Origin: Candidatus Thalassarchaeaceae archaeon
Lineage (GTDB): Archaea; Thermoplasmatota; Poseidoniia; Poseidoniales; Thalassarchaeaceae
DNA: 64,000 nt
Direction: 5' to 3'
Assembly: GCA_029940695.1 (NCBI GenBank)
Contig: JAPYUP010000001.1
Location: 75,385-139,384 of the forward strand
The notes beneath the pieces were generated by a model that saw nothing but the letters and a program-made list of their open reading frames with translations, searched no databases and was not told where the DNA came from. The position numbers were made by a program, and so were the translations under genes. Shown in pieces: positions 27,814 through 37,500 of this stretch (position 1 is its first letter; each line of letters starts with the position of its first letter).

Positions 27814-29004
27814 TTATACCCTCTCAAGGGCGGTTGCGATGCCCATGCCACCGCCGATGCACATGGTGGCAATAGCTCGCTGACCGTCCGTTCTGGCCAG
27901 TAAGCTGGCAGCTTTGCAGGTGATTCTAGCACCAGAGGCACCGAGTGGGTGTCCAATTGCAATCGCACCGCCATCCAAATTGACAAGTTGCGGGTCCAAT
28001 CCCAACTGCTTGACGCAAACGATGCTCTGAGAGGAAAACGCCTCGTTCAACTCAAAGAGGTCAACGTCTGAAATTTCCCAGCCTGCCCGTTGCAACACTA
28101 GCTCGGTGGCCGAGATTGGTCCGAGGCCCATCAAATCAGGAGGGCACCCGGTTACTGCGCCTGCAACTACTGCTGCGATGGGTGTCAATCCATTGGCAAG
28201 GGCAAACTCTTCACTGCAGACCAGCGAGAATACAGTACCATCGGTCAGAGGCGAAGATGTTGCAGCCGTGACTGATCCACCTTCGATAAACGCAGGGGGT
28301 AGGCGAGACATCGATTCAAGCGAGGTTTCGGGGCGTACGCAGTCATCTTGGTGGACCTCGCCATCGGGCTTGGAAATAGGAGCTAACTCGTCGTCGAAGT
28401 ACCCTGCCTGCAAGGCTTCAGTAGCCTTCTGATGGGATGTCAGGGCGAATCTCTCCTGCTCCTCCCTCGAGATGCCGTGCAGATTGGCTACGTTCTCTGC
28501 AGTTATTCCCATGTTGACGTATGCCGGAGGGTATGAGGACTCCAATGCAGGGTGGGGACTCCAATTGAATCCCCTCCGCATTACCCTGGACATGGACTCG
28601 ATTCCCCCACAAAGGAAGCATTCTCCCCAACCGCTCATTATGTGAGAGGCCGCTGTGAGGATAGATTGCATCGAAGAACCGCACAGCCGATTGAAAGTCG
28701 CACCGGGCACAGAATTGGGCAATCCCCCGAGGTAGGTGATTATTCGGCCGATGTTGTAGCCCTGCTCTCCCTCTGGGTAGGCGCAGCCTACCAAGATGTC
28801 ATCGATAAGGGCTGGTTCGATAGAATTTCGATGGAGCAAGGTACGAGCCACTTGTCCGGCCATCTCATCGGGGCGCACATCAGCGAGGCTGCCTCTGTGG
28901 GCCCTCGTGAATGGGGAGCGGCTCCAATCGACGATTACAGCCCTCACAGAGGTTCGTCGCAAGGGGCGGCCATAACGATTCCCGGTATAATGAGTCGTGA
29001 TCAT
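27814..29004 (-). CDS. Acetyl-CoA C-acyltransferase (thiolase II/FadA-like)
   Basis: NRLCGSSMQ active-site Cys block, GYPEGEQGYNIGR, and C-terminal CIGGGMGIA with catalytic Cys. 396 aa. Confidence 0.8.
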   Translation of the reverse strand: MITTHYTGNRYGRPLRRTSVRAVIVDWSRSPFTRAHRGSLADVRPDEMAGQVARTLLHRNSIEPALIDDILVGCAYPEGEQGYNIGRIITYLGGLPNSVPGATFNRLCGSSMQSILTAASHIMSGWGECFLCGGIESMSRVMRRGFNWSPHPALESSYPPAYVNMGITAENVANLHGISREEQERFALTSHQKATEALQAGYFDDELAPISKPDGEVHQDDCVRPETSLESMSRLPPAFIEGGSVTAATSSPLTDGTVFSLVCSEEFALANGLTPIAAVVAGAVTGCPPDLMGLGPISATELVLQRAGWEISDVDLFELNEAFSSQSIVCVKQLGLDPQLVNLDGGAIAIGHPLGASGARITCKAASLLARTDGQRAIATMCIGGGMGIATALERV

Positions 29005-29018
29005 TCACCGAGAGGTTC

Positions 29019-29735
29019 TTGTGTAAGAGTCGATGGGCCATTCCCATGATAAGGGAATGCTCAATTCACGGATATTTCTCTGATGACGACCTTTGTCCAG
29101 CCTGCAATTCTGATGGCAAGTTCATCATGAGTACGGGCGAGCGTGACAGCATGGCGAGGAAGCTCGCACTCATCCTGAGGCATGCGCCCGAGAAGTTTGA
29201 TCTCGAGATGGACATCAATGGCTGGATTGACGTGAGGGACATCATCAGGCAGTTCAAGAACTCGGACAAAAGGAGACATCATTGGCTACGACCTCACCAC
29301 CTCAGGGCTATCTCTGAGACAGACCCAAAGGGCAGGTACGAGGTTCGTGGTAACATGATCAGGGCAACTTATGGTCATACCGTGGAAATAGAGCTCGACT
29401 TGCCAACTAGTGATATTCCAGACTCGCTGTACTATCCATGCGATCCTGAAGAGGCTGGAAATCTGCTTACTGTTGGAATTAAACCGGGAGGCAGGGCGCA
29501 TGTTCACCTTTCTGCCAATATGCGAGCAGCCGCTGAGGCGGGAAGAGTGCATAGAGACGACCCTACCATCATAGAGGTCGATACTGCCAGAATGGTAGCT
29601 ACTGGGGAGACCATTTGGCATGCAGGAGTGACCGTATACTTGACTGAAAACGTGTCGGGGGAGTACCTTAGTATCGTAGACCCAGCAGATCCCGAGCTCT
29701 CCCTGTTGAGGGAAACATGGATCGAAGAGGAATAG
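29019..29735 (+). CDS. kptA: RNA 2'-phosphotransferase Tpt1/KptA family protein with an N-terminal Zn-ribbon extension
   Basis: LALILRHAPEKFDLEMDINGWIDVRDI, ATYGHT and RAHVHLSAN blocks, as in the Tpt1 R/H catalytic tetrad regions. N-terminal CSIHG...CPAC. Confidence 0.6.
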   Translation: MCKSRWAIPMIRECSIHGYFSDDDLCPACNSDGKFIMSTGERDSMARKLALILRHAPEKFDLEMDINGWIDVRDIIRQFKNSDKRRHHWLRPHHLRAISETDPKGRYEVRGNMIRATYGHTVEIELDLPTSDIPDSLYYPCDPEEAGNLLTVGIKPGGRAHVHLSANMRAAAEAGRVHRDDPTIIEVDTARMVATGETIWHAGVTVYLTENVSGEYLSIVDPADPELSLLRETWIEEE

Positions 29736-30059
29736 TCAGAACTCTCCACATACGGGACAGAATTCGATATCCTGACTCATGACAGCGCCGCATGCTGGGC
29801 ATTTCCCCTCTTCCTTGGGGGTAGGGGCCACCTCATGCTGACTCGCTACCCTAGTCGGGGACTCCCTAGCTACGAATGGGGCTGCGACACTGTCTCCCAA
29901 TCTCTCGATTAGCTCCCCAAAACGTATTGCCTCGGCGATTGCAATCTCAATCTGAAGTCTCCTCCGATCTCTTTCATTTGAGTCTTCAATGTTAGCGGTT
30001 TCTGCGAGTTCGGCTTGCAGCCACCTCTGGAACCTGCTAATGTCAGTGGCATTCGGCAC
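29736..30059 (-). CDS. Small hypothetical protein with a C-terminal Zn ribbon (CPACG...CPVCG)
   Basis: 107-aa ORF. CxxC-x10-CxxC at the C-terminus. Otherwise helical and charged. Confidence 0.3.
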   Translation of the reverse strand: MPNATDISRFQRWLQAELAETANIEDSNERDRRRLQIEIAIAEAIRFGELIERLGDSVAAPFVARESPTRVASQHEVAPTPKEEGKCPACGAVMSQDIEFCPVCGEF

Positions 30060-30148
30060 GGACTCACCAATTGGCTATCATGGTTAAACTGTACGCGTCT
30101 GAGATTGAAAATGTTAGAATACGAGTGTTATGAGGGTGCGTTGAGAAT

Positions 30149-30946
30149 ATGAATAGCAGAATAGTGATTAAGCTTGGGGGGAATCTAATCACCGACAAAT
30201 CTTCCCAGAAGACCATTAGGCGAGAAGAAATCGATATCGTCTCCTCCATCCTCGCTGCCACATACGACGAAGGTTATTCGTTAGTAATAGTCCATGGAGC
30301 AGGTTCCTACGGCCATCTGCTAGCAAGACGCTGGTCAATTGACACTGGGGCTAAACCAGAAATTCTCGAAGAGCAAAGGGGCGCAGTGTCCCAGATTAGA
30401 ACGGACATGCGCGAGTTGAACGCAGAAATCGTATCCAGTCTAGCCCGCAATGGACTTCGTTCAGAGGGGTTTCCCCCCTCCAATTGGGCAGAAGGTACTG
30501 GAAGAGAATTCGTGGGTGACCTAACAATGTTTGAGCGTGAAGCGGATGATGTTATCCCCATTACTTTCGGGGACGTTGTCAATACGGGGGATATGGAAGA
30601 ATTCGGTATTCTCTCTGGGGATGACCTGATGCTAAGGCTATCCTTGGAACTTCCGGATGTGACTCACTCGATCTTCCTACTGGGGGATGCTGGAGGTGTG
30701 ATGGACAGGCCCCCAGACCAGACGGGCGCACGACTACTGCCAAGTTGGAAACCACTGGACGATATAGCCTCCAATCACATACCTGAGATCGATGTAACGG
30801 GTGGAATAAACCTCAAACTAGCACGTGCAAGCGAGATTGCAAACGTGATAGGAGAGGTTTGGCTTTTGGATGGGAGAGAGCCAGACAGGGTGCTTGAGTT
30901 GCTAAGAACAGGTAAAACGGTCGGGACAAAGATTCTCAGTAGTTGA
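30149..30946 (+). CDS. ipk: Isopentenyl phosphate kinase (amino-acid-kinase family)
   Basis: IKLGGNLITDK start and the VHGAGSYGH motif, as in the IPK VHGGGSFGH. 265 aa. Confidence 0.75.
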   Translation: MNSRIVIKLGGNLITDKSSQKTIRREEIDIVSSILAATYDEGYSLVIVHGAGSYGHLLARRWSIDTGAKPEILEEQRGAVSQIRTDMRELNAEIVSSLARNGLRSEGFPPSNWAEGTGREFVGDLTMFEREADDVIPITFGDVVNTGDMEEFGILSGDDLMLRLSLELPDVTHSIFLLGDAGGVMDRPPDQTGARLLPSWKPLDDIASNHIPEIDVTGGINLKLARASEIANVIGEVWLLDGREPDRVLELLRTGKTVGTKILSS

Positions 30947-30989
30947 GGAACTTCATATATGCCCCTCATTCCCCGATTACCTGAGAGAA

Positions 30990-32684
30990 ATGGTACACGA
31001 CCATGCTTTGTCGTTGGAGGACCATGACGACTCCCAGTCAGAAATGATGGAGGAGATGTGTCTTGTAGTTGATGGGCAAGACAATTTGACCGGTACCTTA
31101 TCAAAGTTAGATTGCCATCATCTTAACGGGCATCGACACAGGGCCTTCAGCGTACTCCTATTCGATTCAAAGGGTCGCCTGTTGGTGCAACGCAGATCTT
31201 CTGAAAAAATCACCTTTCCCGGAGTTTGGGGTAACACTTGCTGCAGTCACCCCCTCGATATAGAGGGCGAAAATGGAGATGCTATGAGCGGCGTCGTCAA
31301 CGCTGCTAAGAGGAAGTTGGAACACGAGCTCGGAATTCCCACAAGCTCCACAGATAACTGGGACTTCCATCATATTGGCATATTGGAGTATGCTTGCAGG
31401 TGGAATGAAAATTGGGTTGAGAGGGAGATGGACCATATTCTGATTGTGGAAGGAGACGCCGAGATAACCCCAAACGAGAATGAGATTTCTACCGTCCGTT
31501 GGATGGGCCCGGCCGAAGTTGGAAAGATGATGAACGGTGAGAGTGAATGGGGTGAAGAGACCGTAGCTCCTTGGTTTCGCCTAATCTGGCAGCATTTCAT
31601 AGAACCCAACGGATGTGATGCCAATACCCTCGCAAGCTTGATTTGCGAAGGCATCGTATTCTGCGGGGAAGTCGATTTGGATGGACGGGCAATCAAACCC
31701 GGACAGAAGTTCCTAGATGCGCTATCCGTGCAAAAAGAACGGACCGAGCAAGAGATTATGACTAGCCTCAGCAAGATGGGACAGGAAAGACTTCACGGCG
31801 CAATGACTCATCTTTTCAAGGGGGGTGGGAAGAGGTTGAGAGCGATACTTCCGCGGCTCGTGGGGGAGGCTGTCGGAGATGCCAACGACGGTCACTACAC
31901 CCTCGGGGCGTCTATTGAGATCATTCACAACTTCACCCTAGTCCACGACGACATCATGGACCAAGACCCAATACGAAGGGGCCTAGATTCGGTTCACGTC
32001 GCATATGATGTTGCTACTGCCATTAATGCAGGAGATGCGATGCTCGCAGTTGGGTTCGAGATTCTTGCAGAGTCAAAGGACATTCCCCCCGAAATTCTCA
32101 AGCAACTTATCATTTCTATCGGAGAGATGGTGAGGGGGGTCGCAGAAGGCCAGCAGGAAGACATCGAGTTCGAGGGCAGGGAGCACGTAACTGAGGAGGA
32201 GTACATTGCTATGATAGCAGGCAAGACCAGTGCTATGTTCGAAACCTGCGCTAGGACGGGAGCGATACTCGCCAATGCTAGTCAAGATGCCATCGACAAC
32301 ATGGCTCGATGGGGGCTGAATCTTGGGCTCTGCTTCCAACTGATGGATGACCTCATTGAAATCACCGGCGACACCGTCACACTGGGCAAGCCAGCAGGGT
32401 CTGACATCATACAGGGAAAGAAGACGCTGATCGCTATACATGCTATTGGCTGCGGGCAAGATTTACCATATTTCAACAAGGTGTATGGCACAGGAAATTG
32501 TGACAATGATGACTTGGCCAGAGCCGTAGATGAATTGCGAGAATCGGGTTCGATTAACTATGCCAAGCAAAAGGCGATGGAGCACCATGCACTGGCCCAT
32601 AGTTGCCTAGACGAGTTGGAAGAATCTGAGGCAGTTAGTGTGCTGAGGGACCTTACTGACTTCCAACTGATTAGAATAAACTGA
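30990..32684 (+). CDS. Bifunctional fusion: type 1 isopentenyl-diphosphate isomerase (Nudix-type IDI) at the N-terminus and geranylgeranyl diphosphate synthase (trans-prenyltransferase) at the C-terminus
   Basis: The N-terminal ~200 aa align with E. coli Idi (HRAFSVLLFDSKGRLLVQRRSSEKITFPGVWGNTCCSHP, ...EYACRWNENWVERE...). The C-terminal ~330 aa carry FARM LVHDDIMD and SARM FQLMDDLIE. Single uninterrupted ORF of 564 aa. Confidence 0.8.
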   Translation: MVHDHALSLEDHDDSQSEMMEEMCLVVDGQDNLTGTLSKLDCHHLNGHRHRAFSVLLFDSKGRLLVQRRSSEKITFPGVWGNTCCSHPLDIEGENGDAMSGVVNAAKRKLEHELGIPTSSTDNWDFHHIGILEYACRWNENWVEREMDHILIVEGDAEITPNENEISTVRWMGPAEVGKMMNGESEWGEETVAPWFRLIWQHFIEPNGCDANTLASLICEGIVFCGEVDLDGRAIKPGQKFLDALSVQKERTEQEIMTSLSKMGQERLHGAMTHLFKGGGKRLRAILPRLVGEAVGDANDGHYTLGASIEIIHNFTLVHDDIMDQDPIRRGLDSVHVAYDVATAINAGDAMLAVGFEILAESKDIPPEILKQLIISIGEMVRGVAEGQQEDIEFEGREHVTEEEYIAMIAGKTSAMFETCARTGAILANASQDAIDNMARWGLNLGLCFQLMDDLIEITGDTVTLGKPAGSDIIQGKKTLIAIHAIGCGQDLPYFNKVYGTGNCDNDDLARAVDELRESGSINYAKQKAMEHHALAHSCLDELEESEAVSVLRDLTDFQLIRIN

Positions 32685-34892
32685 TTAATCAGTGTACTGG
32701 GACTCTCCGGGAATCTCTGCCTTCAGCCCCTTCCGTTGCCTTATCTCACCGCTGACCTTGTGGAATAGGTCGGAAGGAACTTGGACGTAGCCAGCGTTCT
32801 CGGTATTCCATACGGCCCTTCCTTGGGTTGCTGCCCTGATGTCGTTGGAGAATCCGAACGACTCGGCCACAGGCATCTTGCCGATGACGCTAGCGACTCC
32901 GCCTTCTACAGGCATGTCTTCAATGATTCCTCTCCTGGTTGTAACTTCTCTTGTGATGCCCCCAATCCATTCGTTGGGCGCATCTATCCTAATTTTCTGG
33001 ATAGGCTCGAACATCACGGAGCCGGCCCTGATTAACGCACCCTTGATGGCGTTCCTGACAGCCGGAATTGTCTGTGCGGGACCCCGGTGGATGGCATCCT
33101 CGTGCAACTTAGCGTCAACTAGCCTGGCCATCACACCAGTCAAGGGCTCTTCCGCAATGGGGCCCTTCTTACAGACATCGTTGAACGCCTCGATAATCAG
33201 TTCCCGAGTCTCATGGAGGTTCTGAATACCCTTGGTATCGTTGACTAGAATGGTGGTTCCGTTTATGGCATATATCTTCCTCATCAGATTCTTTTCCATG
33301 CCAAACTCTGCAAACTTGTTACCGGTTTCCTTCGCATCCTTGGCACGAACAGGGCCATCCCCGAAGTGACCCTCCCTGAGGGCTTGGACGACCTCCTCTG
33401 TTAGGGTCTCAACCTCAATGTAGAATCGATTGTGCCTGTTTGGGGACTTCCCCTCGAAGGGGCGGCCCTTGTTGTCGCCAGAGATAGACTCTCGATAAAC
33501 CACAATGGGCTCGCTGACATTGACTTTGATGCCTTGCTCCTCCTCTAGCCTGTATATGGTAATCTCCAGATGCAGCTCACCCATTCCAGCCAGCAGAGCC
33601 TCGCCTGTTTCTTGGTTCGTTGAGACTTCCAAGGATGCATCTGCCTTCGCAAGCCCCCTTAGCGCGTCAATGAACTTCGGCAGATCCTTCATTGCCTTGG
33701 GCTCAATTGCAACCGTAACGACGGGTTCTGAGTAGTGGCGTATGGCTTCGAACGGTGTGGCATCCTGATCGCGTGCGATAGTAATGCCGGCAGCAGCGCT
33801 CCTGACCCCAGTAAGTGCAGCTATGTTGCCTGCCGACACTCCTGGGACTTGAATTCGGTCGCTCCCCACCATCATGCTGACTTGCTGCACTCGTTCGGCC
33901 TTTGCTGAACCAATCGCCCAAACGGTCTCGCCCTGCTTGACGGTACCCGAATACACCCTACCCACTGCGACTTCGCCTGCATGTTGATCCATCCAAATCT
34001 TGGTAATCATTAACGAAAGCGGTCCATCTGGGTCGCATTCTAACATGGACTTGCCGACCTCAGATTCCAATTCCCCTTGCCAAATGTTAGGGATCCGGTA
34101 CTCTTGTGCGATTAGGGGGGAAGGTAGTTTCTCAACTGTCATGTCGAGGAGAACCTCGTGCACAGGCGCTCTCTTAGCAAGTTCACGCTGTTGATCATTA
34201 TGACAATGTTCGAAGATTTCCTTGAATGAAATTCCTGACTTGGACATATATGGCACGGTTATGCCCCAGTTGTGGTAAGCAGAGCCGAACGCTACAGTGC
34301 CGTCTTGGACGCTGACCTGCCAATCTTTCTCGTGCCCATCGGGAGCGAAGCGTTCGATTAGGCTGTTGACCTTGGTTATCTGTACCATGAACCTCTCCTG
34401 CATATCCTCTGGAGTTACCTGTAGCTCGTTGATGAGTCGATCGACCTTGTTGATGAAGAGAACGGGCTTGACTTTCTCCTTCAGAGCCTGTCGAACAACC
34501 GTCTCGGTCTGGGGCATCGCTCCCTCTACGGCACAAGTCAGTATGATACACCCGTCTACGGCTCGCATTGCGCGTGTGACATCGCCTCCAAAGTCGACGT
34601 GCCCGGGGGTGTCGATGAGGTTGATTAGATAGTCATGATTGTTCACTTTGTGGACCATGGAGGCACTTGCTGCATTGATTGTGATGCCTCTGGCGCTCTC
34701 TTGGTCATCAAAATCTAGGACCCTCGACTTTCCGGCCAACTCCTCCGACATCATGCCCGCGCCGGCAATCAGGTTGTCTGAGAGAGTGGTCTTGCCGTGG
34801 TCGATGTGGGCAGCGATTGCGAGGTTCCTGATGCGTTCACGAGTTTGCATCACCTCAGTGGCACGCTTGATGTTCTCTTCCTTGCGTCCCAT
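32685..34892 (-). CDS. fusA: Translation elongation factor 2 (aEF-2)
   Basis: G-domain AHIDHGKTTLSD. 735 aa. The diphthamide-target His is in context ...HEDAIHRGPAQTIPA. Confidence 0.9.
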   Translation of the reverse strand: MGRKEENIKRATEVMQTRERIRNLAIAAHIDHGKTTLSDNLIAGAGMMSEELAGKSRVLDFDDQESARGITINAASASMVHKVNNHDYLINLIDTPGHVDFGGDVTRAMRAVDGCIILTCAVEGAMPQTETVVRQALKEKVKPVLFINKVDRLINELQVTPEDMQERFMVQITKVNSLIERFAPDGHEKDWQVSVQDGTVAFGSAYHNWGITVPYMSKSGISFKEIFEHCHNDQQRELAKRAPVHEVLLDMTVEKLPSPLIAQEYRIPNIWQGELESEVGKSMLECDPDGPLSLMITKIWMDQHAGEVAVGRVYSGTVKQGETVWAIGSAKAERVQQVSMMVGSDRIQVPGVSAGNIAALTGVRSAAAGITIARDQDATPFEAIRHYSEPVVTVAIEPKAMKDLPKFIDALRGLAKADASLEVSTNQETGEALLAGMGELHLEITIYRLEEEQGIKVNVSEPIVVYRESISGDNKGRPFEGKSPNRHNRFYIEVETLTEEVVQALREGHFGDGPVRAKDAKETGNKFAEFGMEKNLMRKIYAINGTTILVNDTKGIQNLHETRELIIEAFNDVCKKGPIAEEPLTGVMARLVDAKLHEDAIHRGPAQTIPAVRNAIKGALIRAGSVMFEPIQKIRIDAPNEWIGGITREVTTRRGIIEDMPVEGGVASVIGKMPVAESFGFSNDIRAATQGRAVWNTENAGYVQVPSDLFHKVSGEIRQRKGLKAEIPGESQYTD

Positions 34893-34933
34893 AGCAGACC
34901 CCTGAATGATTTGCCGACCTGAAAGCGGTTCAT

Positions 34934-34978
34934 AAAGCCGATTGACCCATAGATGGACATGATGTCAAACCGATTGAC
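34934..34978. promoter_or_regulatory. Direct repeat AA(A/G)CCGATTGAC occurring twice, 33 nt apart, in the S7/EF-2 intergenic region
   Basis: Read directly at 34934-34946 and 34967-34978. Lies upstream of the EF-2 start on the minus strand. Confidence 0.25.
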
Positions 34979-34998
34979 TGAGTGGTGCCAAGACTAAG

Positions 34999-35637
34999 TC
35001 ATCTCGCCGAGGCCGCAATCCTCTCGACTTCGTGCCTCTTACCGACGGCGTAAGAGTTGACGTCACCCTCGGCGGCCTTAGTGAGTTCTGAGATTACTCC
35101 CTGTGTCAACGATCTCTTGCTCTTCCTTGTCGCCGAGGTGGAACCGATCGCGAGGTTGCGCAGAGCGACATCTAGACGACGGCTCGGAGAGGAGTCGACA
35201 GCCTTGGGCACGTTGACCGCACCAACCCTAATCCGAGTAGTCTCCTCGCATGGGGCGGCTTCGGTAATGGCGTCTATGAACTTCTGCAGCGGGTTCTTCC
35301 CACTCCTCTCGTGAATCATGTCGAAAGCATCCTCGAGGGACTGGGCACAGTGCTGTTTCTTGCCGCTGAACTTCCCAGACCGCATCAGGTTGTTGATGAA
35401 CCTCTCAATAATCGAGAGGTCTTTTTTGCCGAACCATGCGTTGGCATGCCTACCCCCTGAGTGTGGTGTCCCTATCGTCCTGAGGTTGACGTAGGGGGAA
35501 ATTCCTGGGTCGTTGCATACTACCTCCGCAGCATCCCACTTGCCGAAGACCATCGTGCCTATGCCCGCAATCGGAGCCTGCTCTTCGATTTGCTCTTCGA
35601 TTTGCTCTTCACTTTGCTCTTCGACCTCGGTTTCCAT
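34999..35637 (-). CDS. rps7: Ribosomal protein uS7 with an acidic N-terminal repeat extension (EVEEQSEEQIEEQIEEQ)
   Basis: Conserved uS7 core (FGKWD..., ...NAW...KK...). The N-terminal ~22 aa are encoded by a 12-bp tandem repeat. Confidence 0.85.
   Translation of the reverse strand: METEVEEQSEEQIEEQIEEQAPIAGIGTMVFGKWDAAEVVCNDPGISPYVNLRTIGTPHSGGRHANAWFGKKDLSIIERFINNLMRSGKFSGKKQHCAQSLEDAFDMIHERSGKNPLQKFIDAITEAAPCEETTRIRVGAVNVPKAVDSSPSRRLDVALRNLAIGSTSATRKSKRSLTQGVISELTKAAEGDVNSYAVGKRHEVERIAASAR
35581..35628. repeat. 12-bp tandem repeat, CTCTTCGATTTG and variants, four copies inside the 5' end of rps7
   Basis: Two exact and two variant copies read directly. Encodes the EEQIEEQ repeat of the S7 N-terminus. 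Confidence 0.7.
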
Positions 35638-35646
35638 AGAACCACC

Positions 35647-36087
35647 TCAGCGCACCGGCTTCTCCTTTCGACCACGGACCATCTCGTCCAAAGAAACGCC
35701 ATTTACCTTGATTACCTTGTACCTCACACCAGGAAGGTCTCCATATGAACGGCCCTTGCTGCCTCCGATGCCCTCGACCATTACCTCGTCATGTTCGTCG
35801 ATGAACGAGATCGCCCCGTCACCGGGAGCGAATGCGGTCAGTCTGTTGCCAGTTCGGATTAGACTGATCTTGACCGCCTTCCTGATAGCGGAATTCGGCT
35901 GCTTGGCCTCAAAGCCGACCTTCTCAATGACTATGCCCTTGCCTTGAGGACTTCCTTGCAGAGGATCGTGCTTCAGTAATCCACCATGTCGTAGCTTGGC
36001 CTGGCGATTCCTGAATTTCCTCTCCTTCCATCGGTACTTCTTGCGATCAGTCTTCATCTTCGAACCCGAGAAAAGACCTCGCCCCAA
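35647..36087 (-). CDS. rps12: Ribosomal protein uS12
   Basis: [13 protein letters not shown]..., PNSAIRK..., and a conserved C-terminal GVRYKVIKV block. 146 aa. Confidence 0.9.
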   Translation of the reverse strand: MGRGLFSGSKMKTDRKKYRWKERKFRNRQAKLRHGGLLKHDPLQGSPQGKGIVIEKVGFEAKQPNSAIRKAVKISLIRTGNRLTAFAPGDGAISFIDEHDEVMVEGIGGSKGRSYGDLPGVRYKVIKVNGVSLDEMVRGRKEKPVR

Positions 36088-36219
36088 TCATACACCCCTA
36101 GATGACGGGCCGGCGACCTGCCATCGGTTTATGAGACTGACGGGGGCGCAATCGTTGAGTTACGTCTCGATGCGGTTACGTGAGCCAACATTGAAGCAGA
36201 TTGGCGGGCGGGCGACACT

Positions 36220-37491
36220 ATGGGCTTCCGTCAAATGCTACAGGGCGTCCAAGTTGTGGATGAACTCGTCAGCGTGCGTCACGAAATGCTCGAGCTCTCA
36301 ATGGCATCCGAGCACCGCCCCTTGCTTCTAACTAATGTAAAAGAGTCACCAGGACATCGTGCAGCGCTCAACATCATTGACAGGGACAGGCTCTGCGAAT
36401 CCTTCGGAGTGAAACCTGGGGAGTTGATTGATATCCTCGCCTGGGCGATGAATAACCCCTCTGAACCAGTTCTGGTTGGCGCTCCGGGGGCACCTGTTCT
36501 AGAGAACACCATGGAAAAGGTTGACCTTTCGACTCTACCCATCCCATGGCACTATCCGGAAGACGGTGGGAGATACCAGTCAGCATCGGTGATTATCGCC
36601 CAGTACGGTGGTACAAGGAACGCATCGTTCCACAGACAACTTCTCAGGGATGCGACACATACAGTTTCTAGATTCGTGCCCCGTCACCTCCGTACCATGG
36701 CTGACAACGCAATTGAGTCTGGCGACGAGATTCCGATTGCCGTTGTGAACGGCCCTGATCCAGTGGTACTTCTTGCCGGTGCCATGTCATTCGACGAACC
36801 ACTCGACGAGCTAAGGGTCGCGGCTGCCCTTCATGAGAGATTATACGACGAGCCACTTAGAATTGTGGAGCTCTCAAACGGTGTGGCTGTTCCCGCAGAC
36901 TCAGAGTATGCCATGGAGGCCCGGATAACCCTGCAGACCGATCGGGAGGGACCCTATGTCGACATCACAGGAACGGTGGATGGCGTAAGACTAGAGCCAG
37001 TCATTGAATACGATGCAATCCATCACCGGGACTCTCCGGTCTTCCACGCCCTTATTCCCGCGGGATTGGAGCACAAGACCCTCATGGGATTGCCTAGGGC
37101 ACCTACTATCAAAGCGGCCGTGTCAGAGGTTGTGACCTGTACTGATGTCTACCTTACTGAAGGGGGCTGCGGATGGCTCTCTTCCGTAGTACAAATAGTG
37201 CCAACGCAAAAGAGTGACGGGGTCAAGGCCATCCATGCTGCCCTCGATGGGCATAGGTCGATGAAGCAGGTGATTGTCGTCGATGATGACATCGATGTCA
37301 CCGATCCTGCTCGTGTCGAATGGGCCTTGATGACTCGGTGGCAACCCGACGTTGACACAGTGATACTCTCCAGTCAGAAGGGCTCTAGTCTCGACCCCAG
37401 CCGTGACAAAGACGGGACGACGAGTAAAATTGGCATGGATGCGACATTAGATTCCTCTATCGATCGCTCGGCCTTCGAGTCGGTGCTGTGA
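36220..37491 (+). CDS. UbiD-family (prenyl-FMN-dependent) decarboxylase. It could be the futalosine-pathway decarboxylase (MqnL-like) or the archaeal anhydromevalonate-phosphate decarboxylase. The sequence alone does not resolve which.
   Basis: 423 aa. UbiD-like N-terminal and central blocks (…PLLLTNVKESPG…, …GRYQSASVIIAQYGGTRNASFHRQLL…). Confidence 0.6.
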   Translation: MGFRQMLQGVQVVDELVSVRHEMLELSMASEHRPLLLTNVKESPGHRAALNIIDRDRLCESFGVKPGELIDILAWAMNNPSEPVLVGAPGAPVLENTMEKVDLSTLPIPWHYPEDGGRYQSASVIIAQYGGTRNASFHRQLLRDATHTVSRFVPRHLRTMADNAIESGDEIPIAVVNGPDPVVLLAGAMSFDEPLDELRVAAALHERLYDEPLRIVELSNGVAVPADSEYAMEARITLQTDREGPYVDITGTVDGVRLEPVIEYDAIHHRDSPVFHALIPAGLEHKTLMGLPRAPTIKAAVSEVVTCTDVYLTEGGCGWLSSVVQIVPTQKSDGVKAIHAALDGHRSMKQVIVVDDDIDVTDPARVEWALMTRWQPDVDTVILSSQKGSSLDPSRDKDGTTSKIGMDATLDSSIDRSAFESVL

Positions 37492-37500
37492 GGGTTTCTT

